64,000 bases of DNA, from positions 30,191 to 94,190 of the forward strand of contig NIVC01000798.1 in assembly GCA_002269645.1 (NCBI GenBank), in the 5' to 3' direction. Positions within the stretch are counted from its first letter, which is position 1. Each line of letters begins with the position of its first letter. The translations under genes and the position numbers were made by a program. This DNA is from Macrostomum lignano. Its lineage: Eukaryota. The notes beneath the pieces are model-generated. The model saw only the letters and a program-made list of their open reading frames with translations. It did no database searches and had not been told where the DNA came from. Of this stretch, positions 1 to 14,557 are shown one piece after another.

Positions 1-107
1 ATAACTTAGTTTTTTATGGATATTGTTTGCAGCACACAAGTATACTAGCATACAAACGGTTCTGGTGTACAGTGCATCCTTCTCTTACCGTCCACCCTTT
101 CTGTGTT

Positions 108-290
108 GAGTGTTTTATACACTCCGTCACTTGTAAGCAAATCTCACTGTTTGAGTGTTTTATACACTCCGTCACTTGTAAGCAAATCTCACTGTTTGAG
201 TGTTTTATACACTCCGTCACTTGTAAGCAAATCTCACTGTTTGAGTGTTTTATACACTCCGTCACTTGTAAGCAAATCTCACTGTTAATT
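108..290. repeat. 45-bp minisatellite, 4 copies
   Basis: Unit GAGTGTTTTATACACTCCGTCACTTGTAAGCAAATCTCACTGTTT. Confidence 0.95.
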
Positions 291-2048
291 GAGTGTTTCG
301 AGTGTGCAGTCGAAAGAAGGCCGAAAGGCACAGAATGCTCAAGCGATGGGAAAAGTGTGTTGCTACAGGTGGATACTATGTGAGAAGCGGTCTTGATGGG
401 TGATGATGGTGATGAATGACTACAATTCGTTTTCTTTGTAGGACTATCAGTGGCATTGCGATGTTTTTTCACGCACAACCTTTGAATGAAATGACCAAAA
501 TGCAAGCGACTGAATTCATTGGAAAGAAGAGATGCGTTGAGTAAACTCTCGACCAATCGATATTGTATATCGATTATATTTGCATCGCGTCAGAGCTAAT
601 TAGTATTAGAACAACTGTCAACAAACTATAATGCCTGAGAAGGATTGAAAAATGACCCAACGGCAACAACTCAAGTTCGGACAGTCTACACCGGGTTCCA
701 TGAGAGTCCTTTGTATACGGATTTTAAATACTTAAAATAAATAATATTGTATAAGGGCAGAATACTGAAGAATTATTAAGAATTTCAAACTGTATTAACA
801 GTTAAAATATAGATTTTTTAATTTTACTACCCAGTGGGAAGACTATTGACTCTTGGCTCAGCCACGGGTAGGACGTTCCGAGCATCGCATCCGCTGAGGG
901 TCGACTGGCCCAGAAGTTGCATCGGCAGCAATGCACAGCCAACAGAACACACTGAAGTCACGGAGCCGACTGGCTTTCGTGTTTTGCATTTCGGAATCTG
1001 CTCGGGGTGCCGAATAATTTAGTTTGGAACAGAACAACATGCCGGTTGGCACTTCCGCTTCACTTGCTCACTGGGGAGGGGATTTTTAATAATAATTGAC
1101 ACTATACTCAGTCGCTTAAGGTGGCCTCCAAGGAATGCAGCTGCAGCTCCGCCGGCTTCCAATTTCGGAGGCAGGAACCCGTTGGAGTTGTTCAGAAGCA
1201 GGTGTGAAGAACAGGATGAGACCAGTTGGGAGTGCTGGGGCTCAGGAAGCAGCCGGCTTGCTGACAGCAACGAATATGAACGGGTGGCCGAACAATATTG
1301 CTTTTTTTCTTTCTTCTCTTCCAACGCCCCAGTCTGCTTCTCGAACTCGAGGAAAACAGGAAGGGAGGGAGGGCGTGGAGGGCAGTGAGCAGGGGATTTG
1401 AGCTGCAACCGAACGGTGCATGACTTCAATAAATAAAGACATACTCCAGGCTCCGAAAAAGGAAAGTAACAACGACAAAAAACACACACCAGGTCTTATT
1501 TATCCATCCTGTTCTGCCGGCGGCCGTGATTAAAGGGTCGCGGCTGATTTAGGAGGCGGCCCTCACCTGAGCCCGAGAGAGCTAGTGTTTATGAAAGCCG
1601 AGCAGCATGGGGAGGGTCAGAACCCCCGCTGAGAGTCAAGGGGCTTGGCGCAGTTGCAGTGGTAGAATCCCAGGAATGCCCTTACCGACTGACTCCCATC
1701 ACCCGGTTTCCTGTTTGGGCGCAATCGCAGGAATCTCACGCGCCCTCCCAAAACCTGGCGGGGAGTCGCAGACTGACAGACACGGATCGGCCAGGTTGCG
1801 AAACAAAAGTCGCTCACTTTCACCGCTTAATCCGCATTTTCACTTTTTTCTGCTTTCATCTTCGCTTGAAAGCCTCTCTCATTTCAGTGCGTGACTGTCT
1901 GAATGCAAAGAAACTCACAAGCTGACGCTTCCGACTCGGCCAATCTATCCTGAGCTCGCTTTATACTGTGCTAATCTCAAGTCAAGCGTCTTCGAATTCA
2001 ATCAACACAATTTGGAAGAAATAAGACAACAAAAAGATAGCAGTTATT

Positions 2049-3103
2049 GAGGAACTAAGGAATTGAGGAACTGAGGAACTGAGGAACTGAGGAACGGAGG
2101 AACTGAGGAATTGAGGAACTGAAGAATTAAGGAACTGAGGAACTGAGGAACTGTTGAATTGAGTAACTGAGGAATTGAGGAACTGAGGAACTGTTGAATT
2201 GAGTAACTGTTGAATTGAGGAACTGAGTAACTGAGGAATTGAGGAATTGAGGAACTGAGGAATTGAGGAACTGAGGAACTGAGGAACTGAGGAACTGAGG
2301 AATTGAGGAACTGAGGAATTGAGGAACTGAGGAATTGAGGAACTGAGGAATTGAGGAACTGAGAAACTGAGGAATTGAGGAATTAAGGAACTGAGGAACT
2401 AAGGAATTGAGGAACAAAGGAACTGAGGAACGGAGGAATTGAGGAATTGAGGAACAAAGGAATTGAGGAACAAAGGAATTGAGGAACTGAGGAACTGAGG
2501 AACTGAGGAACTGAGGAACTGAGGAACTGAGGAACTGAGGAACTGAGGAACAAAGGAATTGAGGAACTGAGGAACTGAGGAACTGAGGAACTGAGGAACT
2601 GAGGAACTGAGGAATTGAGGAACTGAGGAACTGAGGAACTGAGGAACTGAGGAACTGAGGAACTGAGGAACTGAGGAACTGAGGAACTGAGGAATTGAGG
2701 AACTGAGGAACTGAGGAACTGAGGAACTGAGGAACTGAGGAATTGAGGAACTGAGGAACTGAGGAACTGAGGAACGGAGGAACTGAGGAACTGAGGAACT
2801 GAGGAATTGAGGAACTGAGGAACTGAGGAACTGAGGAACTGAGGAACAAAGGAATTGAGGAACTGAGGAACTGAGGAACTGAGGAACTGAGGAACTGAGG
2901 AATTGAGGAACTGAGGAACGGAGGAACTGAGGAACTGAGGAATTGAGGAACTGAGGAACTGAGGAATTGAGGAACTGAGGAACAAAGGAATTGAGGAACT
3001 GAGGAACTGAGGAACTGAGGAACTGAGGAACGGAGGAACTGAGGAACTGAGGAACTGAGGAATTGAGGAACTGAGGAATTGAGGAACAAAGGAATTGAGG
3101 AGT
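2049..3103. repeat. 8-bp satellite (GAGGAACT/GAGGAATT)n
   Basis: Direct inspection. Confidence 0.97.
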
Positions 3104-4479
3104 TTTAATAATCTACGTTGAAAGGATCAAAATTAATGAAAGAATGGAATTCCAGTTCTGAAAATTTTCTCACCGAATTCGAGCAATTGAAAAAAATAGT
3201 TTAAAGCTGTTTTTCAATTTCATTTTAGCTTAACAACAGACAGGACATCACCTGTGGAGTTTTCGTAACACGAAGGACGTAACCAAAATGATATCGAATA
3301 TTTAATTAACTTTTTCTGGGCCGAAATCGAGAGTCATCAAAGCGATGCGCCTCCAGTCTAGAAATATTATGCAACTCAAAGTATAGATGTCTCAATTTGA
3401 GTTTATGAAATCCTCGAACAGGCTTTCGTTTTGACACAAAAAAGTATATTCCGAGTTTTAGTTATTACTTGAGTCTGGGCCCTCTATTATCATTATAGAA
3501 TCGCTCCATCCACCGCGGGGGGCGCACAAAGGGGCTGCCGAGTTGCACACGTCATTTTAATATTCTCCTTATTAGAGTGGAGCACAGGCTCTGCTCTCCC
3601 GCAAGCAACAGGCGCTACGCAAGGCCTCGCGGGATTGAGGCCGAAGGGACTTGTCGGCCCCCGTGGGGTGCGAGAGGCGAAGCGCGAGTTTCGTAGAGAT
3701 GGAGGGCAAGCGGGCGGATGAACAGGAAGGAACTATAGGGAGAGATCCCCCCCCGGTGGGTGATGTCACACTGGCATTGTCCCCTGATTTCCCCCTCTGC
3801 TCTATTCTCTATTGAGTTCCTCCATTGACCGGGCACGGCTGGGCGGATAAATGCCCTTGGACCAAAGGGTTGGGCCGTCAAGAAACTGCTGATGATGGAG
3901 ATGCCAAGCGGAAGCTGGAGTATAGCTGATGAGTTTTAGCACAGGAAGTGGACTGTCCCGCGCGATCTGCGTGAGCTCTTTGATCTTTCCTACCCTGAGC
4001 TTTCTAAGAACCAGTAACAATAATAATATATGAAAATTTAGTATTATATAACATATATCAGGCGATAATATCTATAACAGTTTTTTAATAAATGAATCAG
4101 TAACATGATCGCCAAATTAAGCTTTAAATACTATTTATTATTAACTTTTGATAGTACGCACTCCTCCTAAATGAATAAACTGCTCATTGTCTGACAGAGA
4201 ATACATGGATAGCATATTTATGTACAGTAGCAAGAACAACAATAGATGAGTGCCATATAGCAGAGTTTAAGGTTCATTCTAAACGCATTGTGTCATTCAG
4301 TCGAAGCTCATTGCACTATATATGTATCTATGGCATTATGGCATGGATAAAAGCGAAGCGACCACCTTGCTCAGCTAAGGGGGAAAGAGAGAAATATGCG
4401 CGACAGTTGGGAAGAAGGGCTTGATAGTAGTTGGCAAGTAACACTGATCAGGTGGGGGATTAGGTTGATAACATGGATA

Positions 4480-5130
4480 TGATAGGATAAGGAGAGAGTG
4501 AGAGAATGAGATAATGAGAGATAGGGATAAGGAGAGAGGGGGTAAGGGGAAATGAGAGAGGGAGAGAGATAAGAAGAGAGGGAGAGAGATAAGGAGAGAG
4601 GGAGAGAGATAAGGAGAGAGGGAGAGAGATAAGGAGAGAGGGAGAGAGATAAGGAGAGAGGGAGAGAGATAAGGAGAGAGGGAGAGAGATAAGGAGGGAG
4701 AGAGATAAAGAGGGAGAAAGATAAGGAGGGAGAGAGATAAGGAGGGAGAAAGATAAGGAGGGAGAGAGATAAGGAGGGAGAAAGATAAGGAGGGAGAGAG
4801 ATAAGGAGAGAGGGAGAGAGATAAGGAGAGAGGGAGAGAGATAAGGAGGGAGAGAGATAAGGAGGGAGAGAGATAAGGAGAGAGGGAGAGAGATAAGGAG
4901 AGAGGGAGAGAGATAAGGAGGGAGGGGGAGAGATAAGGAGAAAGGGAGAGAGATAAGGAGAGAGGGAGAGAGATAAGGAGAGAGGGAGAGAGATAAGGAG
5001 GGAGGGGGAGAGATAAGGAGAAAGGGAGAGAGATGAGGAGGGAGAAAGATAAGGAGGGAGAGAGATAAGGAGAGAGGGAGAGAGATAAGGAGGGAGGGGG
5101 AGAGATAAGGAGAAAGGGAGAGAGATGAGG
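4480..5130. repeat. GA-rich ~20-bp minisatellite
   Basis: Unit GGAGAGAGATAAGGAGAGAG and variants. Confidence 0.93.
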
Positions 5131-5398
5131 AAAGAAGCGGGAGATCGGGAGAGAAGGCTGAGAATCTGATTCACGGGAGGAAAAAGCCGATGCAAATACA
5201 GGTGGCAAACGCAAGCAGACAGCTCAACACTGGACAGGTAAGCATTAAGAAGATCGAATCAGCAGAAGAAAACAGAAACAAAAGCTGTGGCCAATAAAGA
5301 CGGCGAATGATTAAAACAAAAATTTTTGTTCATAATCATAATTTGTGTATAATAACTTGGTATGGTTTTCATTCTTAACGACAGTGTTCAGCGAGCTC

Positions 5399-8300
5399 TC
5401 AGGTGAAGTAGGTGGTCTGCATTGAGTAGAGCTTGTCCATGGGATCATCGGACTTGGTTAAGCTGTCCAGCATGCCTAGGCTGCTGCTGCTGTGGTTGTG
5501 GTTGATGCTGCTATTGTTGTTATTATTGTTGCTGCCCTGGTGATGCAGCATGATGTCACCGCCGCCGTTCAACCCAATGTCCAGCGGTCCCACGGACAGG
5601 CCGTCGTCGCCCATGACAATGGAATGAGCGGCCGCAACGGCGGCGGCTGCGGCGACAACGGAATCCGCTGTCGGCGAGTCGCCAGTCGTGTCGGAGATTC
5701 CGCCACCAGCCGAAGCGGCAGCGGCTGAGGCTGCATTCGCCGCTGCTGCGGTCTGTCGCCTGGCCAGCTTCTTCACTTTGGCGCGCTGATTCTGAAACCA
5801 GACCTGCACCACGCGGACGCTCAGGCCGGTCTCCGCAGCCAGCGATTCTCGAACTTTCCTCGACGGCTTCGGGTTGACTTCGAAGGCCGATTTGAACTTT
5901 CGTCGCTGCCCGGTGCTCAGGATCGTCCGCGGCCGCTTGGCTCCGCCTCGGCCGCCCTGCTCGCTGTCCGAGTCGTCCAGCTCGTCCAGATCTTCGCTGC
6001 GGGGCGAGCGCGACGGCTGCCCAGTTGACTGTGGCTGCTGCGGCTGCTGCGGCTGCTGCTGCTGCTGCTGACTCGACGCCTGCTGCACCGTCTGGTGCGC
6101 CGGTGGCTGCGGCTGCTGCTGCAGAGCGGCGGCCAGCTCTCTCTCGTAGTCAAATCGGCAGAACAGCCGGCCGTCCCGCACCACAAACTGGTCGCCTTTG
6201 CGCAGCGGCAGTCCGCAGGCGATGCAAGCGAAGCAGGGCAGGTGATAGGCGTGCTGATTGGCTCGCATCACCAGCTCCTTGGCGCCGATGGGCTGGCCGC
6301 AGCTGCTGCAGCGGGTGCCGAATTTTCTGGATAATGACGTTTGTTGGATAAGTACATGGTGAACTCCCGGCTTTGGCTGGGGTTAAATTCAGACAAATGT
6401 GAACAGACTTCAAAAAAAGCACTCTAAGTGGTGGTTGGACGTTTTTTATAAGGCTCTACCCCTCAGTCTACCCGAGCATTGATAAGCTACTACCCCTCAG
6501 TCTACCGAGCATTGATAAGCTACTACCTCTCAGTCTACCTGAGCATTGATAAGCTACTACCCCTCAGTCTACCTGAGCATTGATAAGCTACTACCCATCA
6601 GTCTACCTGAGCATTGATAAGCCACTACCCCTCAGTCTACCTGAGCATTGATAAGCTACTACCCCTCAGTCTACCCGAGCATTGATAAGCTACTACCCCT
6701 CAGTCTACCCGAGCATTGATAAGCTACTACCTCTCAGTCTACCTGAGCATTGATAAGCTACTACCCATCAGTCTACCCGAGCATTGATAAGCCACTACCC
6801 CTCAGTCTACCTGAGCGTTGATAAGCTACTACCCCCCAGTTACCCCAGTCTCTACCTGAGCATTGATAAAGGCTACCACCACAGACTACCTGAACATTGA
6901 TAAGCTACTACCCTTAGTTTACCTAAGCATTGATAAGCTACTACCCCTCAGTCTACCTGAGCTTGGATAAGCTGCTACCCCTCAGTCTACCTGAGCTTGG
7001 ATAAGCTGCTACCCCTCAGTCTACCTGAGCTTTGATAAGCTGCTACCCTCAGTCTACCTGAGCTTGGATAAGCTGCTACCCCTCAGTCTACCTGAGTTTT
7101 GATAAGCTACTACCCTCAGTCTACCTGAGCTTTGATAAGCTGCTACCCCTCAGTCTACCTGAGTTTTGATAAGCTGCTACCCCTCAGTCTACCTGAGCTT
7201 TGATAAGCTGCTACCCCTCAGTCTACCTGAGCTTGGATAAGCTGCTACCCCTCAGTCTACCTGAGCTTGGATAAGCTACTACCCCTCAGTCTACCTGAGC
7301 ATTGATAAGCTGCTACCCCTCAGTCTACCTGAGCGTGATAAGCTACTACCCTCAGTCTACCTGAGCTTTGATAAGCTACTACAGTAATGAAGAGAATCGG
7401 CTTCTCTATAAAATATTCGATGCCCTTAAGATTGAGGCTTAGAAACTCGCTCACATAAGGACTCATTTTCGGTTCGCTCTTCTCAGTCAATCGCTCAAGA
7501 CGCGGCACGCTTGTTGACTCTAGGCATTAACTATCCGATCTTTGCTTGACCATTTGACAAGCAAAAATCAGTCGAGCATTTTAGTTGCCATGGCTTATTT
7601 ATTAGTCTCAAAACTGAAGATTTTCTGCTCAAAGTTCCCAACTCATCCCGCGGGGCCTGACATGAAACACAATGTTAAGCGGCTGGGAGTTGAGCGCGTC
7701 GAACTCTCGGTACCAGATTACGAATAGCTCTAGGCCTCAAGATCAGGCCGAGCTGTGTGCTCAAGGGATTAAGCAAATTCGGCAGTTGGCAAACAAGCTC
7801 AAGAGGCCGGCATGGGATTTCGTGAACGCACGCCTGGCTACGGCACTCCACCCCCCTCTTCCCTTGGCTGGCAACAAACATTTAGAGATTCTCTTGGGTC
7901 TAACTATATAGGGTTTCCTGCCCTGCACTGATTACAGTGCAGGTAGCAAGCAGCCCCAGCAGAGATGATAGCGGGTTTACTACCTGTTCAGCTCCCCCAC
8001 CCTCCTCTCCTCTCTATTTTTATAAGCATTTTCTCAATCATAACTTTGACGCTTTCCATTGCCAAATCACCCAGGTAAGGTATTACACAATAGGAGGCCC
8101 TACGCATATGTAGCAACTCCAATCCAGTGAAATCAAAGCGCCCAGCCACACCCACACCAAGCTAGTTGTTGAGCCGCAATAGTTGAAGGCTGCAAGCCCC
8201 GCCATTGCAACTGGCCCCCGCGCAGGCACAATAATGTAGAAAAGAGAAAGGTGAACAAGGTGAAAATGAACGATTGCGTTCCGATGCCAGGGCTGTGTGC

Positions 8301-11300
8301 AGGTCACGCACTCTCTCGCCTTGCCAACTGCAATAATTGGGAAATTTTTCCTTTTAATTTTTAAACAACGCTTAACTAGCCTTATGGGACTCGATGGCCC
8401 ACAGGTGGGGGTCGTAAAGGCCATGTCGTGTTGAAGTACTGTTAGCCTGTTGGGATACCTAACGCTCATTTTTGAGCGAATCACACACTCATTCTTGGCC
8501 GAATCACACAGTCATTCTTGGCGGAATCACACAGTCATTCTTGGCCGAATCACACAGTAATTCTTGGCGGAATCACACAGTAATTATTGGTCGAATCACA
8601 CAGCCATTCTTGGCCGAATCACACAGTAATTATTGGTCGAATCACACAGTCATTCTTGGCGGAATCACACAGTCATTCTTGGCGGAATCACACAGTCATT
8701 CTTGGCGGAATCACACAGTCATTCTTGGCGGAATCACACAGTCATTCTTGGCCGAATCACACAGTAATTCTTGGCGGAATCACACAGTAATTATTGGTCG
8801 AATCACACAGCCATTCTTGGCCGAATCACACAGTAATTATTGGTCGAATCACACAGTCATTCTTGGCGGAATCACACAGTCATTCTTGGCGGAATCACAC
8901 AGTCATTCTTGGCGGAATCACACAGTCATTCTTGGCGGAATCACACAGTAATTCTTGGCGGAATCACACAGTCATTCTTGGCGGAATCACACAGTCATTC
9001 TTGGCGGAATCACACAGTAATTCTTGGCCGAATCACACACATCTTGATGCTGATGCCGCGAGGACTTTTAGGGTGCAAGATAGACGCAATCTGCCGCCTT
9101 CAAAAGCTGACAACTCTGCAAAAAAGCAGCGCTTCTAAGTTTAGAACTTGAGGATTCGGGCTTCTGCTATTAAGCGGAAGCAGCAGGTGGGTTCTGGGGT
9201 CTCTCCTCTCCCCCTGCCCTCTTCGCCAGGCCCGATATGGGCAGGATCTGACAGTTCAGCACTTCCGCGTCGAGCGCGCAGACTTCGAACAGGGCCGGTA
9301 GGACACGACCGACAAACAAGCTCAGGGCTAACAAGGACTCGGGGGGCGGGGGTTACGGGGCAAGGATTTTGGGGAAATATTTGTACAAATCTTGACCAAA
9401 GCCGTCTTGGGATCGGTAGGGAGATACGGTGCAATGCGACGCCGTCTCTCACTCATGCTCTATGAGTCTATATTCAGCCAGTGTGTCCTACCGTTTGCGC
9501 TTACGGACTCGAAGCTGAGAGGGGATTTGAGCAAACTGTGGAGGACCCTCCCTGCTGGACTGGGGAGAGCCGGCGAAGGAACAGCGCTTGAAGTTGAAGG
9601 GAAAGCAGAGGCCTCTCTTCTGCTTTTGCTTGCTTTCGGGCGGGTGGGGTGGTGGCTCTGGTGTTGGTTAGAACTCGGCTGGTTTCCGCTTCTGAATGCG
9701 CCTACCAGTTTTTAGGCCCGGCGGTCACGTGCGGGGCTTATTGTTGTTGAGGTGTTGAACTTCTCGAGAAGAGAATTTTCGAGTTTGAGTGCAGCCTGCA
9801 AATCTCGGCGGGTGACAGGCAGACAGACAGAGGACGCAACCAGATGCATGGGTAAGCGGGTGTTTGTTGAGTGGGTGTCGAGGCCAGTGTTTTCACTACT
9901 GTCTTGAGGCACGCTTCTCGCGATGACCTGTTTACGTTTTCATTTAATAATAAATGGAACTCAAACAGACCGTGCGTTTGTAGTTTCGAATTTTCCTATC
10001 AAATTTTACTGATTTCATGACTGAATAATTTTAGAAAGTCCGATTATTCTGGGTGATTGTAAAATTCTATAGATTGTAGGATTCAGTAGATTGTTAAATT
10101 TGGTAGATTTTTAATTCGGCAGATTGTAGAATTTGGTAGATTGTAAAATCCGGTAGATTGTGAAATCCGGTAAATTTTGAAATTTGGTAGATTGTTACAT
10201 TCGGTAGATTGTAGAATTTGGTAGATTTTGAATTCGGTAGATTGTAGAATTAGGTAGATTGTAAAATCCGGTAGATTGTGACATCCGGTAAATTTTGAAA
10301 TTTGGTAGATTGTTACATTCGGTAGATTGTTAAATTTGGTAGATTTTTAATTCGGTAGATTGTAGAATTTGGTAGATTGTTACATTCGGTAGATTGTAGA
10401 ATTTGGTAGATTGTAAAATCCGGTAGATTGTGAAATCCGGTAAATTTTGAAATTCGGTAGGTTGTTACATTCGGTAGATTGTTAAATTTGGTAGATTTTT
10501 AATTCGGCAGATTGTAGAATTTGGTAGATTGTAAAATCCGGTAGATTGTGAAATCGGTAAATTTTGAAATTTGGTAGATTGTTACATTCGGTAGATTGTT
10601 AAATTTGGTAGATTTTTAATTCGGTAGATTGTAGAATTTGGTAGATTGTAAAATCCGGTAGATTGTGAAATCCGGTAAATTTTGAAATTTGGTAGATTGT
10701 TACATTCGGTAGATTGTTAAATTTGGTAGATTTTTAATTCGGTAGATTGTAGAATTTGGTAGATTGTAAAATCCGGTAGATTGTGAAATCCGGTAAATTT
10801 AGAAATTTGGTAGATTGTTACATTCGGTAGATTGTTAAATTTGGTTTGTTACATTCGGTAGATTGTTAAATTTGGTAGATTTTGGAATTCGGTAGATTAT
10901 GAAAATCGGTAGATTGTGAATTTCGATAGATTCAAGATTTGGTAGATTGTGAATTTCTACCGAATTGTGAATTTCGGTAGACTGTGAATTTCGGTAGATT
11001 GTGAATTTCGGTAGATGTGAATTTCGGTAGATGTGAATTTCGGTAGATTGTGAAATTCGGTAGATTGTGAACTTCGGTGATTGGGACAATTGGTGGATTG
11101 TGAAATTCGGTATAGATTTTAAAATTCGGTAGATTGTAGAATTCGATAGATTGTAAAATTCGGTGATTGTGAGAGTCACGGAGTGTGAGAAAATTGGTGA
11201 TTGCGTGAATCAGTAGCTGTGAAAGTCGGTGCAAATCTGTATTTAATTTTCGGTTGAAACCAGTCAAATTTTTGTGCTCTGAAATAATTTGGATTGGCAC

Positions 11301-14300
11301 CTGTTTGTCAATAGGCCATGAGTTCGGTCAGCTAGATGACTGTTGTCTTTGAGGGTGTCGGCCCCATATTGGAGATTTCATGTAAGGCGGGACAGAGCGA
11401 GAGGGGGGTATTGGTGAAATCGAGAGATTTCTTAAGAAATTCAAGGTGTTGGTGTGAGAACTCGAACTCAAGTGTGTAAATGCATAACTATAGTATTCCT
11501 GAGTCCCGGTGCGCCAACACACCCAGATCCTGAGGAAGTTAGGATAGCAGAAGTGTCATAATAGTGGGTCGGACAAGAGCGGGGACTGATGCGCTCTCAA
11601 GAGTCAGGGGGGCTGGGTGGGATTTGATGAGGCAGCACAGCCAACAGCTGCCACTCAAGAGGAGCGTCAAGATGTCAAAGCCAGGCGCGGCTCTGTGCAG
11701 ACGGTGCAGTCCCGAATGGGGGATGGGGTGGGGCACTGGGGACGCCCGCAGAGAGTCAAATTTCTCTGCTCTGCTTCAAACAGAGAGAAGCAAGCAACAC
11801 GATAGAAGCGTCGGTCGAGCTCGAAGGCAGCGCCAATGCTTCCAGTTCCACAGTATTTTCCATATTCTCTTCTTCTGTCCATTGTTCCAGAGTCTCAAGT
11901 GAAAGTGTCCCCCAGAAGCCGAGCGTCCCTAAGCTTCCACCCCCCCCCTATGCTAGGGCCCAAGTTAAGTGTTCTCTACACAGCAGGGGGTGCCTCGGTT
12001 GGCAGCCATGAAATATTAACCATATGCAGGGAGGGGCGCGTTCGAGCAGTTCATAGAAAATTTTGCATGGTTACTGGACCAGGGGTTAGGGCCCCCCTGG
12101 GACCCCGGCGTAGTCACACCAAGCAGACCTGCCAATACATGGCTCTTTGCTCAGCGCTGCCGATTTTGAAACAGAAAAAAATCACAAAAAAACAAACTGG
12201 GGAAAAGAGGTTTGGCTGGCAACAAAGCGCAGTTGAGAAGGCACCGATTAACAACAATGGAAAGCATTACTCTTTCCTCTCGAAAGTCAGGGCTCAGTTA
12301 ATGCATATTTAATGCGGCATTTTTCAATTTCTCTCTCCAATTTTTTTATTGCTTCTTCTTCAAAGCTGTCAAGGAGAACAGATTCCGACTTGACATTCCG
12401 TCTGAAGGGTTAAAGGGCACGGGATCAGCGGCTGATATGCCTGGGGAATTCTTTAAAGATTGGGATTTCAACTCAATTAGCGGTCATAATTCTGATGGTG
12501 TGTGTGCATGTATGAACATGTATAAATAGTGTACTCACAGATAACACAAGTTCCATGAGCAGCCCTATATAGTGTTTGAACAGGGGCTGGATAAATAGGG
12601 ACTCAGATTAGCAGTATTGACTCTCCCAGAGAGACATGATTAGCGGACAAATACCTCAAGGAGTCGATAGCGCTGCTGCCTTACCTTACCGACTCCTCTT
12701 GGGCTTAAATATTGATTTACAATGTGACTGGCCACCACCTCCTCCTTCTGCACCTCTTCCCAGAGGGCAAAACGAAGAGGCTGAGAAAATCTGGATGACG
12801 AGGAGCCCCCACCTCCTGACCCCTGACACAGACTGCAGACTGGAGTGGCCTTGTAGCAGAGTGATTATGAGCATAGTGACATTCATGAGGCATTTAGTCA
12901 GCTTCACTTACGGCGCATATAGCCAAGCATATGCTCAGCGAATCTGAAACCGATGGATTATAAAACTTTGAGCTCGGTTTTGATCGAATCGGAATTCAAG
13001 CGCTCGAAATTGGCCGCCCAGTCGAGCGAGTCAGTCCTCCTTTCAACCCCCCCCCCCGCCAAGCAAATACTGGAGACTGCAGGATGGCCGGCTCATCAAG
13101 GCCCCCGCCGAATTCCACTTGCTCCACTCGACAGCTCCATCCGAGAAAGTCTTTTCCCCGCTCTGGTCAAGATCAAGGAATTAATCACTTTTTTTCTTCA
13201 CGCGCAAGAAATCTTAGCTGGGCGGAAGAGTATTTGGCAAACACACAAGTCACACACACAGCAGCAACACACTTCAGTCCCGATACGACTCCCAACATGC
13301 TGTAGGAATTTTTTAATAAATTCCAACTTCCAAAACTGCCAGTCAGCATTCGATCAGGCGGACAGCTTGGCAGAATGAGCGGATGATGAATCTCGGTTGA
13401 TGGAGTCGGAGAAGCTGGGTTTGGGGTTATTGTCCACACTTGGTGCAGAATTTCATCAACTACGCTTACAGTGGGAGAATCTGCGAGCTGACTGAAATCC
13501 CAGTGGCTTAGTGGCAGCGACAAGGACCCTTAAAGCCGGGGCGGGGACACTTAACAATAAAACTGGCAGTGATGCAAATCTGAAACAGATATTGCAAATT
13601 TTCTGCAACAGGACCAGGAAAAGCTTGCGATGGACTGAGGATCTCGCGATCGGGTGATTTAATCTTTAGCAGATATAATTGTTTCCTACTGTGGTGTAGG
13701 ATGTGATGCGGGTTATGATATGGGGGAAAATTTCATTTTTTAGCCTGCGAGTAGGACTCTAAAGCTCTGAGGAGCGCATCTTTGGATCTGTGTGGAGGGC
13801 GCCGTTATGACTTTTGTAGGGCGTCGTTTATGACTTGTGGAGGGCGCCGTTTATGACTTTTGTGGGGCGCCGTTTATGAATTTTGTGGGTCACCGTTTAT
13901 GACTTGTGTAGAGGGCGCCGTTTATGAATTTTGTGGGTCACCGTTTATGACTTGTGTAGAGGGCGCATTTTATGACATGTGTAGAGGGCGCCGTTTATGA
14001 CTTGTGTAGAGGGCGCCGTTTATGACTTTTGTGTAGGGCGCCGTTTATGACTTTTGTGGGGCGCCGTTCATGACTTTTTTGGGGCACCGTTTTATGACTT
14101 GTGTAGAGGGCGCCGCTTATGACTTCTATGGAGGGCGCCGTTTATGACTTGTTTAGAGGGCGCCGTTTATGATTTGTGTGGAAGGCGCCGTTTATGAGTT
14201 TTGTGGGGCACCGTTTAGGATCCAAGGCGCACCGTTGGGATTTGTATGCGGGAACCGTTTCTTAGAATCTTATTGATGCTTTTAAAATCCGAAATTGGAT

Positions 14301-14557
14301 TCAATTGAATAGGTTTATTCAACAGAAAAATTGAAAAGCATTAAAGAATCAATCATTTAAACAAATTAACTCAAACACCAGTCTCACTTGGCATAGTCGT
14401 AGCGGCAGTACAGCACATTGTCCCGGACATAGCAGCTCTCCTGCAGGTGGCAGCCGCACACAGAGCAGGCCACGCACTGCTCATGCCATGACTCGGTTCG
14501 AATCTTTAGCAGGTATTTGTCCTCTATGCTAGAGTTGCAGCCCGCGCAGATCTCCAT
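5399..14557 (-). CDS. Lmx1: LIM-homeobox transcription factor of the Lmx1 family; coding exons 14388-14557 (LIM1) and 5399-6326 (LIM2, homeodomain, C-terminus)
   Basis: Exon 1 reads MEICAGCNSSIEDKYLLKIRTESWHEQCVACSVCGCHLQESCYVRDNVLYCRYDYA (LIM domain). A phase-2 GT-AG join leads to KKFGTRCSSCGQPIGAKELVMRANQHAYHLPCFACIACGLPLRKGDQFVVRDGRLFCRFDYERE (LIM2). The homeodomain is KRPRTILSTGQRRKFKSAFEVNPKPSRKVRESLAAETGLSVRVVQVWFQNQRAKVKK. The C-terminal PMDKLYSMQTTYF matches the Lmx1 PIDRLYSMQSSYF motif. An additional upstream exon cannot be excluded. Confidence 0.96.
6456..7381. repeat. 34-bp minisatellite in the Lmx1 intron
   Basis: Unit CTACCCCTCAGTCTACCTGAGCATTGATAAGCTA. Confidence 0.95.
8476..9040. 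repeat. 23-bp minisatellite
   Basis: Unit GAATCACACAGTCATTCTTGGCG. Confidence 0.95.
10060..11200. repeat. 18-20-bp GGTAGATT-core satellite with higher-order repetition
   Basis: Recurrent TTCGGTAGATTGT... units; a multi-unit block recurs several times between 10100 and 10860. Confidence 0.93.
13790..14225. repeat. ~27-bp minisatellite
   Basis: Unit GGGCGCCGTTTATGACTTGTGTAGA and variants. Confidence 0.9.

Noticed and set aside
1019-1925. Possible exon or 5' end of another gene (PPKLEAGGAAAAFLGG)
   Set aside because: No recognisable domain or consistent splice structure
9150-9950. GC-rich segment possibly encoding a LINE ORF1/RRM remnant (SLFVGRVLP)
   Set aside because: Frames are broken and the similarity is too vague without a profile search
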